64,000 bases of DNA, taken from the NCBI RefSeq assembly GCF_009914755.1, contig NC_060943.1; one strand, 5' to 3'. This DNA comes from the human T2T-CHM13v2.0 reference genome, Homo sapiens. Position 1 is the first letter of the stretch, and each line of letters starts with the position of its first letter. Position numbers and translations under genes: made by a program. This document shows positions 1 through 12,299 of this stretch, in pieces. Below the pieces are notes generated by a model, which searched no databases, was not told the origin of the DNA, and worked only from the letters and a program-made list of their open reading frames with translations.

Positions 1-776
1 CCCCCGCCTTTTCTTAAAGATAAAACTCAAAAAGCCATCAAGGCTGTCGTCTGCTCTGAGCCATCTCCCTCCTCCCTGAAGCCCGGCACCCTACTCCTGC
101 CGTAATGAGTTCCCATGACTCCTGGAGCTCTGCCTGGACTAAGAGGCGGGGTGCTGCAGCTCTGTAAACAAACAGCACTGTGCTTCCCACTGTCAAGGCC
201 TGTTGGCTTCTCAACTGCTGAAACCGTTTCCAAGTTGATGCTGAGTGGCCAGAGCTTTCCTGCAGTGCTGGGTCGCTGGCAACAGGGCCTGTGAGGCTCA
301 TTTCCTGCCTGTTGCCGGCTGTGGTGGCGTTGGGCAGGAGCTGGCTGGTCAGGTGAGGGTGGGGGCAGCCTCCAGAGACAGACATGGGCCTTGCCCTAGG
401 CTGCATGCCCATCTTCAGGGAGCCTGTTGATCTCCCTGACAGGTGAAGGTCCCCAAGGCTGCAGCCTGAAAGCAGGGACCACCAACTCACAGCTCCTGGA
501 GTTCTCAGGCCCCTTTGTCCACCTCAGGCTTCACAAGCCAGCAGCTGCCATAACCCAACCCCCTATCCCTCACATAGCCCCCAGGCCCATGTGGCCATAC
601 CTCTCTTCCCAACCCAGACTCTGGTCCAGGCACGTCCTGCTCAGGGACCGACTCCTCGGTTGACCCATCATTTCTGTGCAGGGCACAGCCAGTGCCCAGC
701 CTGGACAGGCCCCAAATGTCTCCCGACACTGGCAGCTGCCCGGCTGCCCTACAGCCCTGCCAAACCCACTGCTCAC

Positions 777-940
777 CCAGGTAGCGGCCTCCAGCCTTGA
801 TGACAATGGCACTTCGGCTCCGCGTCTCCTCCTCCGCCTGGGCCATGCTCTGCCGCGCCTTCTGGTAGGAGTCGTCGGTGGCACACACCGTGATCTTGTC
901 CTGTATGCTGCCCAGGCAGTCCAGGTGAACTTCCCCATGA
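777..940 (-). CDS. ELL: ELL coding exon 4 (gene continues past window start)
   Basis: Acceptor CCTTGTCTTGCAG|T and donor TGG|GTGAGC. 164 nt encoding (S)[54 protein letters not shown]; phase matches exon 3. Confidence 0.97.
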
Positions 941-1161
941 CTGCAAGACAAGGCCAGGAGCTGGGGTCAGCAGCTGGGACAATGCAGGGAGGATCCGTTG
1001 AGGGCCCAAGCCCCCAGCCCACCACCTGGCCTGGAAAATGGACTCTGTCAACACCATCTCAGGCAATATGGTTTCAATGGGGCACATCTCAACCCTGGGC
1101 CAGAGGTGGCAGGGTGACCTCAAGAGCCGGCGGGGTGCTCTGGGGTGGGGCGGCGCCTCAC

Positions 1162-1283
1162 CTGGAGACATACTGCTGGATGCAGTCGAAGCTGCCCTGG
1201 GGGTTGTCGCGGCCGATGTTGGAGAGGTAGAAGGAGAACGTCCGCGCCTCTGCGGGGCAGTCAGGCTGGGGGATGGAGATGTG
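1162..1283 (-). CDS. ELL: ELL coding exon 3
   Basis: Acceptor CCCCCTCCACGCAG|CAC and donor CAG|GTGAGG. 122 nt encoding [40 protein letters not shown] plus 2 nt. Confidence 0.97.
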
Positions 1284-2974
1284 CTGCGTGGAGGGGGAGG
1301 GGGTGTCACTGGGAGGTCCTCGGCAGGACAGGTCCCCAGCCTGCATCTTCCTGCATGAGTCCCCACAGTGCAACCCTCACAACAGGAATGTGCTGGCCCT
1401 TTTCCCTAAAACACACCCCTGCTCTTCAGCCAGTGACGGGACAGGCAGCCCATCCTCAGCAACACACACTGCGTAGAGAGGGGACTCAGGCACCTATGCG
1501 GGTGGGCATGGGGCCAGGGGCCGTTTTCAGCAGCAACAGCACTGCTGTCTGAGGACAGTGCTCAGCACCTGCCCAGATGCAGGGCCCCCACCCCAATCGT
1601 GTGACCCCTGGAAAGTGGTTTGTCTGGACCATGACTCACTTTCCCCACCACCAAATGGACAGACCTGGCCTGCGACACCCTATGAGGTAAAATGCAACAA
1701 GAGGGGCTTGGGCAGCCACGCGCAACTCTGGCGCCCCTCCTTGGCGACCCCCTCTCAGCATCCCCCCACAAAGGACATGGACTCCACGTGAGTCTCCATT
1801 TGCTGCAGCTGTGAATCAGGTAGGCTTGTGTCCCAGGGGCTCACAGATCAGAAGCACTGGCCCCCAACAAGCCTGTCATGGGTCACACCAGCCTGACTTT
1901 GGCTGTGCCCCTGCAGCCCAGCTGGGCAAAGCTCCAGCCCTGTCTGGGAGGACGGACAGCCAGGGGCAGGCAGGCGGATGGACGGACTGCGCTGGTCCCG
2001 GCCAGGCTCAGTGCAGGGCGGCATCACATCAGAGGCCATTGCATTCCAGGCTGACCCCAGACCCTCTGTCAACAGAGTTGGCCCTTCCTAAACTAATGCC
2101 TGGGCTTTGGCATGAGCTCCTCACAGTTAGACTGACACATGAAGGGCGCTCAAATAGTCCACAAGGAGGGGACAACATGGGGGGAGCCCTCAGGTCTTGT
2201 CCCCTGGCTGCAGCACCCCCTTGGCACCCAAGCCCCGTCTCCTCCTCTGTGACACCATGAGCGCGGGAGAGACTGTGGCTGAATCTCCTGCCCCCTCGCC
2301 CCTGCTGAGCTGCCTCATACGCCCATGGGAGGCTTTGCCTGCCTGTGCCTCACCTGTGAGACAGGACGGGGCTCCTGCCACCAGACACGTGGAGGAGCAC
2401 CAATCCCCGGCCCTGCTGTGTGGCCTTGACTGGGACTTGTCCCCTGGGGTAGTGTTTGGACACACAAGGGAAGCCATGGCTGCACCCAGCCCAGTGCCAG
2501 TCCCTGCTCCCAAGACAAGAACAGTTCCTGGGTTCGGCCACTTGGGGCAGGAAGAGTCTGGTCTGGGCTTGCAGGCAGTCCCTGTACCAGCCAGTCTGCC
2601 CGGCCTGCAGACCCTTCTCCAGAGGCCCATCCTGCCCCTTCCCCAGGCTGAACACTGCCCCAGGAAAAAAGCCGTCCCATCTGCTGGGGTCTGCCCAGCA
2701 TCCCCTCTCAGCCTCGAACATGTCCCCCTAAGGCAGGTGCCCTTGTCCCTGTCATGCTGATACAGAAACACAAGCTGAGGGGTCAGGGCCCAAACAGCGT
2801 GCTGGTGGAGGGCAAGGCCAAAGTCCATTGTGGGCCCACCATGCCAGGCCACACCTGAACACAAACACACATCTCTATCAGGGTCAGAGAAGGCAGAAAC
2901 GGCCTGCACTCAGCATCGGAGAAATCACACACATATAGCCTCTGATGATTCACCCTCGGACAGAGAAACCCTCC

Positions 2975-2995
2975 CCACCCGCCCCCACCACACAA

Positions 2996-3044
<49 letters not shown>

Positions 3045-3665
3045 ACCCCTCCACACACAATCTCCCCACACACAATCCCCCACAACCACACAATCCCCAC
3101 ACACACACAAACACAACCCCTCCACACACAATCTCCCCACACACAACCCCCCACAACCACACAATCCCCCCACACACACAAACACAACCCCTCCACACAC
3201 GATCTCCCTACACACAACCCCCCACAACCACACAATCCCCCCCACACACAAACACAACCCCTCCATACACAATCTCCCCACACACAACCATACACACACA
3301 ATACCCAACACATAGCGCCACACATACAACCACCCCGACAGCACCACACACAACCTCCCCCACACACAAACACAACCCACACACACAACCCACACATGCA
3401 CAACCCCCACACACACAGCCACACACAAACCCCTCCACACCAAACCCCTCCACACACAAACCCCTACACACAACCACACAAACACAACCCAGACATAAAC
3501 CCCCACACAGCCACACAAACACAACTCACACATAACCACACACACAACCACAACCCACACAAACACAACCCCCACACACACAAACAATCCATACACACAC
3601 ACACACACAAACACAATCCATACACACAGAAACACAACCTCCCACACACAAACAACCACACACGC
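2975..3665. repeat. CA-rich compound repeat: (CA)21 followed by ~71-bp minisatellite units and a degenerate CA tract
   Basis: (CA)21 at 2997-3038. AAACACAACCCCTCCA recurs at 3038, 3109, 3180 and 3250. Confidence 0.9.
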
Positions 3666-5386
3666 CCTGAAGCCTCAGCCAGAGCCATGTGGGTGACCCT
3701 GGCCATCCAGATCTGTCCTGCTTCGACGCCACTGAGGTGTTTTTTCACCCAACACACACAGGTGCCACCCTGCCCTGCCTGCACCTCCCTTCCCAGATGT
3801 GACTTTTATTCTCGTTCATACAAGAAACTGGAAACACGCTGCTGGGATGAGGGAAGCTCAAGTTTGTGAGAGGCTCTGTGGTGGCCAGGTGCACAGGTGA
3901 CATGGTGACCCAGAATGAGCCAGCCAGGGAAGCTGGGGACCACACGTCCAGGGAAACCAAAAAGAGTGGCTGTGGGAACCTGAGCCTGGCCTGGGTGGCT
4001 CTCCCGCCCTCCTCTGTCATCTCTTTAACCCCCACTGCCCCCTGTGGTCCTGGCCTGAGGCCCAAGTTGCCAGTGGCTCCTGCCCCACAGTGACTAAGGG
4101 CTGGGCACCCTCACGTGCAGCCCTGTCCCAGGAAAACCCCAGCTCCACCCAGGTTGGCAGGACTCATTCTGTCACCCTGGCTTCAGGGGAGATGCCACTC
4201 AGCAGAGAGCTGGCAGTGAGACCAGGCCACTGCCTGTGGCCTGGGGCAGCTGTACACCCAGTCAGCACTGACAGGGCCCCCCTGCCTGAGCCTGCCCAGC
4301 AACCTTGCTTCTCTGTGGGTAGGGGCTTCATAGTGGCCCTTCACCCTGCTTGGATCTTTTCCACACAGGTGTAGACATCTGCCCCCCAAACTCCATCCTA
4401 GAAGCAGGGGCCAGGTGCAGAGCCCAGGGCCAGGTGTGCAGCTGTGGCGGGGAGTAGGGGCTGCATGAAGGGGGGTGACACAGGCCTCAAAGCTGATGCT
4501 CGGGAGAGTGTCGTGCTGCTGGCGAAAAGGGGAAGACACACAGAGGGCATGGCGGTTGGCGTCCTTCAGGATGCAGGGGTGAGAAGGTGGGGAGAGTGTT
4601 AGGAAAGGTTTCCCGGAGCCAGACACCGAGGTTCTCACAGGCCCTGCCTCCCCTAGCACACGAAGCGCTATGGAGCCCTCTGATTAACGGGCTGTTTTGC
4701 TGCTGGTTAATGGTTACCAGCCCGGGACCGTGGGGAAGCCAGCGGGATGGGAGCAGCCCAGGAATGCGGCCACTTTCTTCGCACTAGCCAAGAGCTTGCC
4801 CGGGTTCTGGGACAAGGTTTGAAACGCAGCCCCTGCTCAGCCTTCTGAATGGGGTCTTGGTTGCTCCTTGGGGACTGCTCATGGGCCCAGTGACCCACGT
4901 ACCAGTGGGCTGCCATGGGGCCCTCAGATGGCCCACGCACAGCAGGTCTGGGTATGTCTGAGGTCAGTCCCGGCTCCAGGTTATAGGGTGTGGGGAGGAG
5001 TTGCCATAAACCTAAGCACTAGTCCATGCTCACAGACACAGAGCCCAGGCCACAGGGGCTCATCCTAGGCGCTTCCGCAGGGCCCAAAGGCCCGCTCTGC
5101 CCTTCCCGCTGACCTGACCATGGCCACCAGGGGGCGTTGCTTCCACCACCGCTCAAGTCCCTGCCAGAGTCCGTTCATCTCTTCCCTTTGAAATCCATCC
5201 CAAATTGGGGCCTGCTGCACTCCCCACCTGACCCCAGACAGGAGCTTGGGCGATGCTGGCTGACTGGATCCATGAAGGAACACCATCCAGGGGGCGTTCC
5301 GACAACGATGAGCCCAGTGCAGGCTCTGTGGCAGGCTGCCGGCAGCATGGCCCAGGACCAAGAGCCCCAAAGCTAACAGCCCACTA

Positions 5387-5572
<186 letters not shown>

Positions 5573-5984
5573 CTACACATGTTATTAGGCTCCAGGTCAA
5601 GGCACATGGCATGCTGCACGCAAGGACACCACTGTGTGCTTCGGCCATGGCCAGGCTGCAGTGTGTCATCTGACGGGCTCGCTGAGATGGGGGTTGGGGA
5701 TGAGGGGCCCCCCCACTGCTCAGGTTGGGGTAGAGGGGCATGGGTGGTCAGGCAGCAGCAGAAGGCACAGAGTGACTGCTGTAGGACACCAGAGGGCACT
5801 GTGGGGCTGCTCTGGCAGCAAGCCCAGGCCAGCCCGCCCCTGCCCCCAACCTCTGACCCCTGAGAGAATGTCCTGGGGAAGGTAAAAAGGAGGTGGCCAA
5901 AGGGTGACCACAAGACCCAACTGGGGCTGATGGAAGTGTGGGGTTGTGTCAACTGGCTAGGCTGCAGCCCCTGGAGATTCATTA

Positions 5985-6330
5985 TTCCATGACATCCCGT
6001 CTAGGGGTGCCCTGGAGGTACTCTGTGGACATGGTTACCATCCACAAACCAGATACTGAAAGCAAGTAAAGGAGATGACCCTCGATGGTCTGGGTGGTCC
6101 CATCGAATCAGCCCAAGGCCTTAAGAGGGAAACTGGCTGGGGTTTGGCAGGAGGAGGAAGAAACTCTGCCTGAGGACTGCTCCATCAGCTCCTACTGGAG
6201 GTCTGCAGCCAGCCCTGAGGGTTACAGACTCCCCAGCCCACAGTCGTCTGAGCCCACTGCTTGCAATGCATCTTTTTATCAGCACACACAGACACACGTC
6301 TCCTAGAGGCTCCATGTCTCTGCAGAACCC
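5985..6330 (+). mobile_element. MLT2-like ERVL LTR remnant
   Basis: AGTAAAGGAGATGACCCTC...GGGTGGTCCCATCGAATCAGCCCAAGGCCTTAAGAG resembles the MLT2 core and the copy near 26.8 kb. Confidence 0.55.
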
Positions 6331-6421
6331 TGGGCTGCACCTGGAAGCCCATGGATCATCATGTCCATATCCCCACATCCAGCTGTGCAGAGCTCTCAGG
6401 CTGTGGACAGAAATTGATTTA

Positions 6422-7010
<589 letters not shown>

Positions 7011-7271
7011 TGCAGGGGAACCTGCAATAAAGGCTAGAAGAAAAATCAAACCATTCTAAGGCATATCGGGTAGGTTAGGGGAGATGAAGAGTCCTAAAAC
7101 AGGGGGTCAAAGAAGGTAGATGACTCACCCTTTCTCTCATTCCCTGATTTTTCTATAAGATGGTCATTTAGAAGAAAACATATTTCAAAAAAATGAGGGT
7201 GCTGAGTTTCTATGAACCTCTCTCCCAACCAAAATCCAGACAAATGTCCAAGGTCCTTGTGTGCCCTAATG

Positions 7272-7920
7272 CAGCAGTCCCCTACCTTTTTGGCACCAGC
7301 GACTAGTTTCGTGGAAGACAATTTTTCTTTTTCTTTTTTTTTTTGAGACAGAGTTTCGCTCTTGTTGCCCGGGCTGTAGTACAATGGTGCGATCTCGGCT
7401 CACTGCAACCTCCACCTCCCAGGTTCAAGCAATTCTCCTGCCTCAGCCTCCTGAGTAGCTAAGATTATAGGCATGCACCACCACACCCAGCTAATTTTGT
7501 ATTTTTAGTAGAGACGCGTTTCTCTACGTTGGTCAGGCTGGTCTCAAACTCCAGATCTCTCAGGTGATCTGCCTGCCTCAGCATCCCAAAGTCCTGGGAT
7601 TATAGGTGTGAACCACCACACCTGGCCAGAAGACAATTTTTCTATGGATGGTGGAAGGGGGACAGGGAGCCATAGGGGAGGATGGTTTCCGGCTGAAACT
7701 GATCCACCTCAGATCAGGCATTAGATTCTCATAAGGAGCACGCAACCTAGATCCCTGGCATGCGCAGTTCACAATAGGGTTCGCGCTCCTGTAAGAATCT
7801 AATAACAGGCTCAGCTGACAGGAGGCAGAGCTCAGGTGGTCGTGCTCACTCACCCACAGCTCACCTCCTGCTGTGTGGGCAGTTCCTAACCAGTCCAGTG
7901 CTGGGGGTTGGGGGCCCCTG
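7272..7920 (+). mobile_element. MER1B-like hAT-Charlie MITE interrupted by an antisense Alu (7329-7627)
   Basis: Termini CAGCAGTCCCCTACCTTTTTGGCACCAG ... GGTTGGGGGCCCCTG. The Alu is flanked by TSD GAAGACAATTTTTCT (7314-7328 and 7629-7643). Confidence 0.8.
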
Positions 7921-8199
7921 CCCTATCAGAGTGGAAGCTAGGTGCACATCGCTGCATGAAGGGAGCCACTGGGAGAGGAGAGCCGCCCATTGCCCAAGCA
8001 GCCTGTGACGTGCACCCGACACGTCCTGGTGTGGCCCCAGCCAAGGGGCTATCCTGGGGGCCTAGAACCCAGCCTTGCATGGTGGCAGACAGGGCCCAAA
8101 CACTGCCATGAGCTGCTGCTGTACCCAGCGAGCAAGGACAGACCTGAGACTATACCAGTCCCAAGATTCCAAATATGAATGATTAAGACAAAAACTTAC

Positions 8200-8247
8200 C
8201 CCTTGGCTTCCTTGAAATCGGATAGATGGCCTCAGTGAAACAGAATC
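8200..8247 (-). CDS. ELL: ELL coding exon 2 (aa 46-61)
   Basis: Acceptor T23-ATAG|GAT and donor GGG|GTAAGT. 48 nt encoding DSVSLRPSIRFQGSQG, in frame with exons 1 and 3. Not in the ORF track. Confidence 0.97.
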
Positions 8248-10210
8248 CTATAAAAAAAAAAAAAAAAAAAAAAAGGTGAGGGGAACATCAATAAAGACAT
8301 TGGGAAACCCAAAGACTCCCTCCCCAGGTATAGAAGGAGCAGGGTGAAGATGGTGTTCTCAGGAGAGGGGAAAGGAAATGCACACACTCTGAAAATTATA
8401 GGCAAGGTCACCGGAGCAGGGTTTTAGAAGGATCAGTAGGAGTTCCTCAGATGGACAGAGGGCTGGGGACACATGACAGGTAAGAATGGGGCCTCCAGAC
8501 ACAGGCAACAGGCTGGCGGAAGGCCCAGGATGCAGGGGCGGGGAGTGTGCCATCCTTGGAAAGCCACCACCAGCCTGTGAATCCACCGGGAGAGAAGGGC
8601 AAGGCTCAAGGTGCTCACAGCCCTGCCAGGAAAAAGCAAAGACAGGTCAGGGTTGACCCTGGATCATGACTCTCCCAAGGACCCATACAGGCAAAAGCAG
8701 CCCCCTCCACTCTCACAGCCCCAGCTGATCCCCTGAAACCACCAACCAGGCTAAGTCCTGTCTCACAAACACTGGCTTTTAACAACCAGGTGGGTGAGCA
8801 CTGTCTATCAGAGCAGGTGCGGTGGGGCCACCTTGGAGCCTGGGGTGGGAGCCTGAGGCCTGCACAGCTCCACCACACGGCCTTGGGGCAGTCACATGGC
8901 TTCTGGACAGCTGGTCACTGAGCTTGGAGCAGTGGAATTTCCAAGGAAAAAATATACAAAAGAGCTCAAAATAAATACTGACGCTTCAGCTATTCAGAGA
9001 CCAGCCTTCTGGCAGTATCTGAGAAAGAACTGCGAGCCAGAGGAGGACTGCACCTCTGCATCTTCTTCCCTCTTCCCAACCTGGGGCCCTAAGCGTAGAT
9101 CTCAGTGTCCCAGATGCTACCCCACAGCATAGCCCTGGCTGATCACCATGATTCTTGGTCCCCAAACCCACCCCTGCACCACCTGGCCCCACTGCCCCAC
9201 TCAGGTCCAGCCCACTGAGATGCCCTCCCACCCAGGCCTTGCTCCTGTCCTCATAGTACCCCGTCCTGGGCTCCGTCTCCACTGCTCAGGTCTCACTCCC
9301 TCCCACCCTGGTCTGCCCATAGCTCTCCCCAGAGGGCAAAGCACTACTTGAGTCTGGAGAGGCCTGTCGGAAGACCCGGGGTAAGCGGAGCAGCTCCACA
9401 CCTGCAACAGTATCAGAGACAACACCTACCCCATGGGTCAGCCCAGGGTCCGCCCTCTGGAGCCACTCAGCACTGTTCCAGGACTCCAGCTTGAGATGGC
9501 ACAGGGCCCTCCAACTGCTCACATCCAGTGCCCATCAGTTGGGAAAGACAGGAGCTGCTAGGAGCAGCGGAAGCCGCCTGGGACATGAGAGATGGCTGGC
9601 CTTTCAGCACCTGCTCCATGTGTGCCCTGAGCCATGGGTCTGCTTGGCCAGCTTAGACCACGCAGCTGTATACATATGACATGCATAGTGCCCAGAGTGG
9701 GAGGCACCGAGTGCCTCACTTTGGTCTACCAGGAGCCCCCTTCTTTGCCAAGTCTCTCCAAGGATTTTGCCAAGACTCCCCAAGGATTCTGCTGTTTAGG
9801 GGAGAACAGAGGGATGGTGCCCCTGCACGCTAACACCACCCAGGCCGTGATGCCCCAGAAACTGCCCCATGCTTCTCAAACACGCCACCCCTCAACAAAT
9901 ACATGGGCCCACTCCACAGCGAGCACGATTCACGGCGCAAGCCACCACTGTCCATGGTGCAACACGTCCATGGCCCACTCCCTTGTCCTGTTCCAAGACC
10001 AGGAAACAGCTGCTGCAGTCACAAGGGCCACTGTGCTACTGCGACAAGGGGGGCTCGTCTAGAGCAGCTCAGGAAGGGCTAGCCCTGTACCCCAAAACAC
10101 GACTCAACCACCAGCCTGTGCTGCTACTGCAGAGAACAGGGGACCTCGGCCTGGCTGGGACCTTGGGGAAGCAGCATCTGAATGACCTTTGCTACAAATT
10201 TGGTTAAACA

Positions 10211-10507
10211 GGCCAGGTGGTTCACGCCTGTAATCCCAGCACTTTGGGAGGCCGAGGTGGGCAGATCACTTGACGTCAGGAGTTCGAGACCAGTCTGGCC
10301 AACATGGTGAAACCCCCATCTGTACTAAAAATACAAAAATTAGCTGGGCGTGGCAGTGGGCACCTGTAATCCCAACTACTTGGGAGGCCAAGGCAGGAGA
10401 ATCACTTCAACCCAGGAAGTGGAGGTTGCAGTGAGCTGAGATTGCACCACTGCACTCCAGCCTGGGCAACAGAGTGAGATCCTGTCTCAACAACAGCAAC
10501 AAAAAAG
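10211..10507 (+). mobile_element. AluS with TSD
   Basis: TSD AATTTGGTTAAACA at 10197-10210 and 10508-10521. Confidence 0.9.
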
Positions 10508-10521
10508 AATTTGGTTAAACA

Positions 10522-11215
10522 CAGACATGAAAAAGAGACCTATAGGGACCAATTAAGGTGTGAAAAGACACCGGATGCCATTACTCATCAAGGAAATGCA
10601 AACTGTAACCATAGTGACCTAGATTGATAGCCATAAAAATATTTTAAAAAATAAAAAAAAACATAACCACACTGAGATAGCTCTGTACCCATCAGAGCAG
10701 CTAATCTAAAAGAAGCTGACAAGAGCAAGTGTTGGCGAGGACCCAGAACCTCTGCCGTCGTGGGCGGGAGTGGACAAGGCTCAGCCACTGTGGAAGCCAC
10801 CTGGCAGTTTTCTAAAAGGTTAAACAAAGGGTTAAACACACCCAGCAATTCCACCCCGGGTATACACCCACAAAAACACACTTCCGTACAAAAACTTACA
10901 CCTGAACATTTATAGCAGAATTATTTAGAGAATCCAAAAAGCGGCAGTAGCCCAAATGTCCGTCAACTGGTGGAGAGAGAATCAAACAATGGAATACAGA
11001 GGACCATGCCAAGTGAAAGAAGGCTGCACGTCATGCCACAGGCTGTATGACTCCATTTCTATAAATCCCCAGGTAAGGCAAAACCAAAGAGACAGAAAGC
11101 CGACCAGCAGGTGTCCAGGGCTGGAGGTGGGAGTGGGGAGTGGCTGCAGCCGGGCGAGGGTAGAGGGTCAAAACTCACAAGATGGGACGTTTTACAGGAT
11201 GTTCGCTACACCTTC
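10522..11215 (+). mobile_element. Old L1M (ORF2 end / 3'UTR) remnant
   Basis: CATCAAGGAAATGCAAA, CCCAGCAATTCCACCCC, CCCAAATGTCCGTCAACTGG and GACAGAAAG motifs typical of L1M 3' ends. Confidence 0.7.
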
Positions 11216-11298
11216 CCAACTGCCCTTGAGCTCACAGGGGCCGTCTTTGTTGACTCAGGGCACAGGAGCAACATTCTCTGACACACACACGGCGAGTT
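11179..11298 (-). other. ELL: Candidate 120-nt poison cassette exon in ELL intron 1
   Basis: Acceptor CTCTCCTCCGTCTGTTCCAG|AAC with upstream GTTAAC branch-like motif; donor CTT|GTGAGT; in-frame TAG at 11208-11206. Confidence 0.6.
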
Positions 11299-12299
11299 CT
11301 GGAACAGACGGAGGAGAGTCCTGTCCGTTAACCATTTTCAATGCACGAGTGAAAGGGAACTGGCGTAAGACACAAGAACCACACGGAGCAAAGGAAGCAC
11401 CAAGGCAGAATGGCCCAGCCCACCCCACTCAGGGAGCCCCCACAAACTCATGGCACCAGTCCTCATGGGCCCCAGGAGCACACGACCAAGGCCAGGTGGG
11501 AAGGGTATTCTGGAGGAGGGAGCAGCAGGGGACTGGAGCAGGAACTCAGTGCAGCAGCTGCAGAGAGCAGGTGGGCCCCGTCTCTCGCGGTGCAAACCTC
11601 TGCAGAGGGGTCGGCCCGGGGCTAACACAAGCACCCTGTCTACTGTCCATGCGAGGCCTCTGCATGTGCAGCTGTGAGCCAGGGATGAGGGCTCAGAAAA
11701 CAGTGATGATGCTGAGGCCAGTTAGGGTGACAAGGGACAGGAACCAGTTAGGGTGCACAACCCCCCCAAGGAACTGTGCCAGGGCAGCCCCAGCTGTGCA
11801 AGGCTGAGGGTGACAGGCCTTGAACACACTGGCCCTCCCACCCACCCCGTGGCTCCATGCTCCCTGTGGGCCACGCCATCCAGTGAGGCATTTAACCAGG
11901 TTCTGGTAGCTGACTGTCAGGTGGGTCACCTTCAAGACTCCTTTCTTGCCAAGTCGCTTATCCCCCAAGGGTATGGAGAACAAGACTTCATGCCTCAGAG
12001 GAGAAGGGCTGAGGGGCCACAGAGCCAGCCTTTCTCTATGATGCCAGGAGGGCTAACCTCAAGTGCCTGTCCCCATGAGAGGTGGCCGTCATCATGGCCA
12101 GGCTCCCAGCCACTCTGGCTCACACTGTATCCCCACCCTCCAGCAGGAGACCAGGCCCTTGTTAACAACAGAGCAATTCACTCCTAACATCACGCACGCA
12201 TGAGGGTGACAGACACAGGACGCACCCAGCCATTAACAGACACGGGCACTAAGGCTAACTCCCGTCTAAATCATGGCCAGCCCTGTGCGGACCATCGGG

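Noticed and set aside
2783-3869. Long Cys/Val/Gly- and His/Thr/Pro-rich ORFs (up to 244 aa)
   Set aside because: Translations of the CA-rich repeat; open only because low complexity excludes stop codons.
10956-11807. 283-aa plus-strand ORF, the longest in the track
   Set aside because: Starts in an L1 remnant, antisense to ELL, with no recognisable domain or gene structure.
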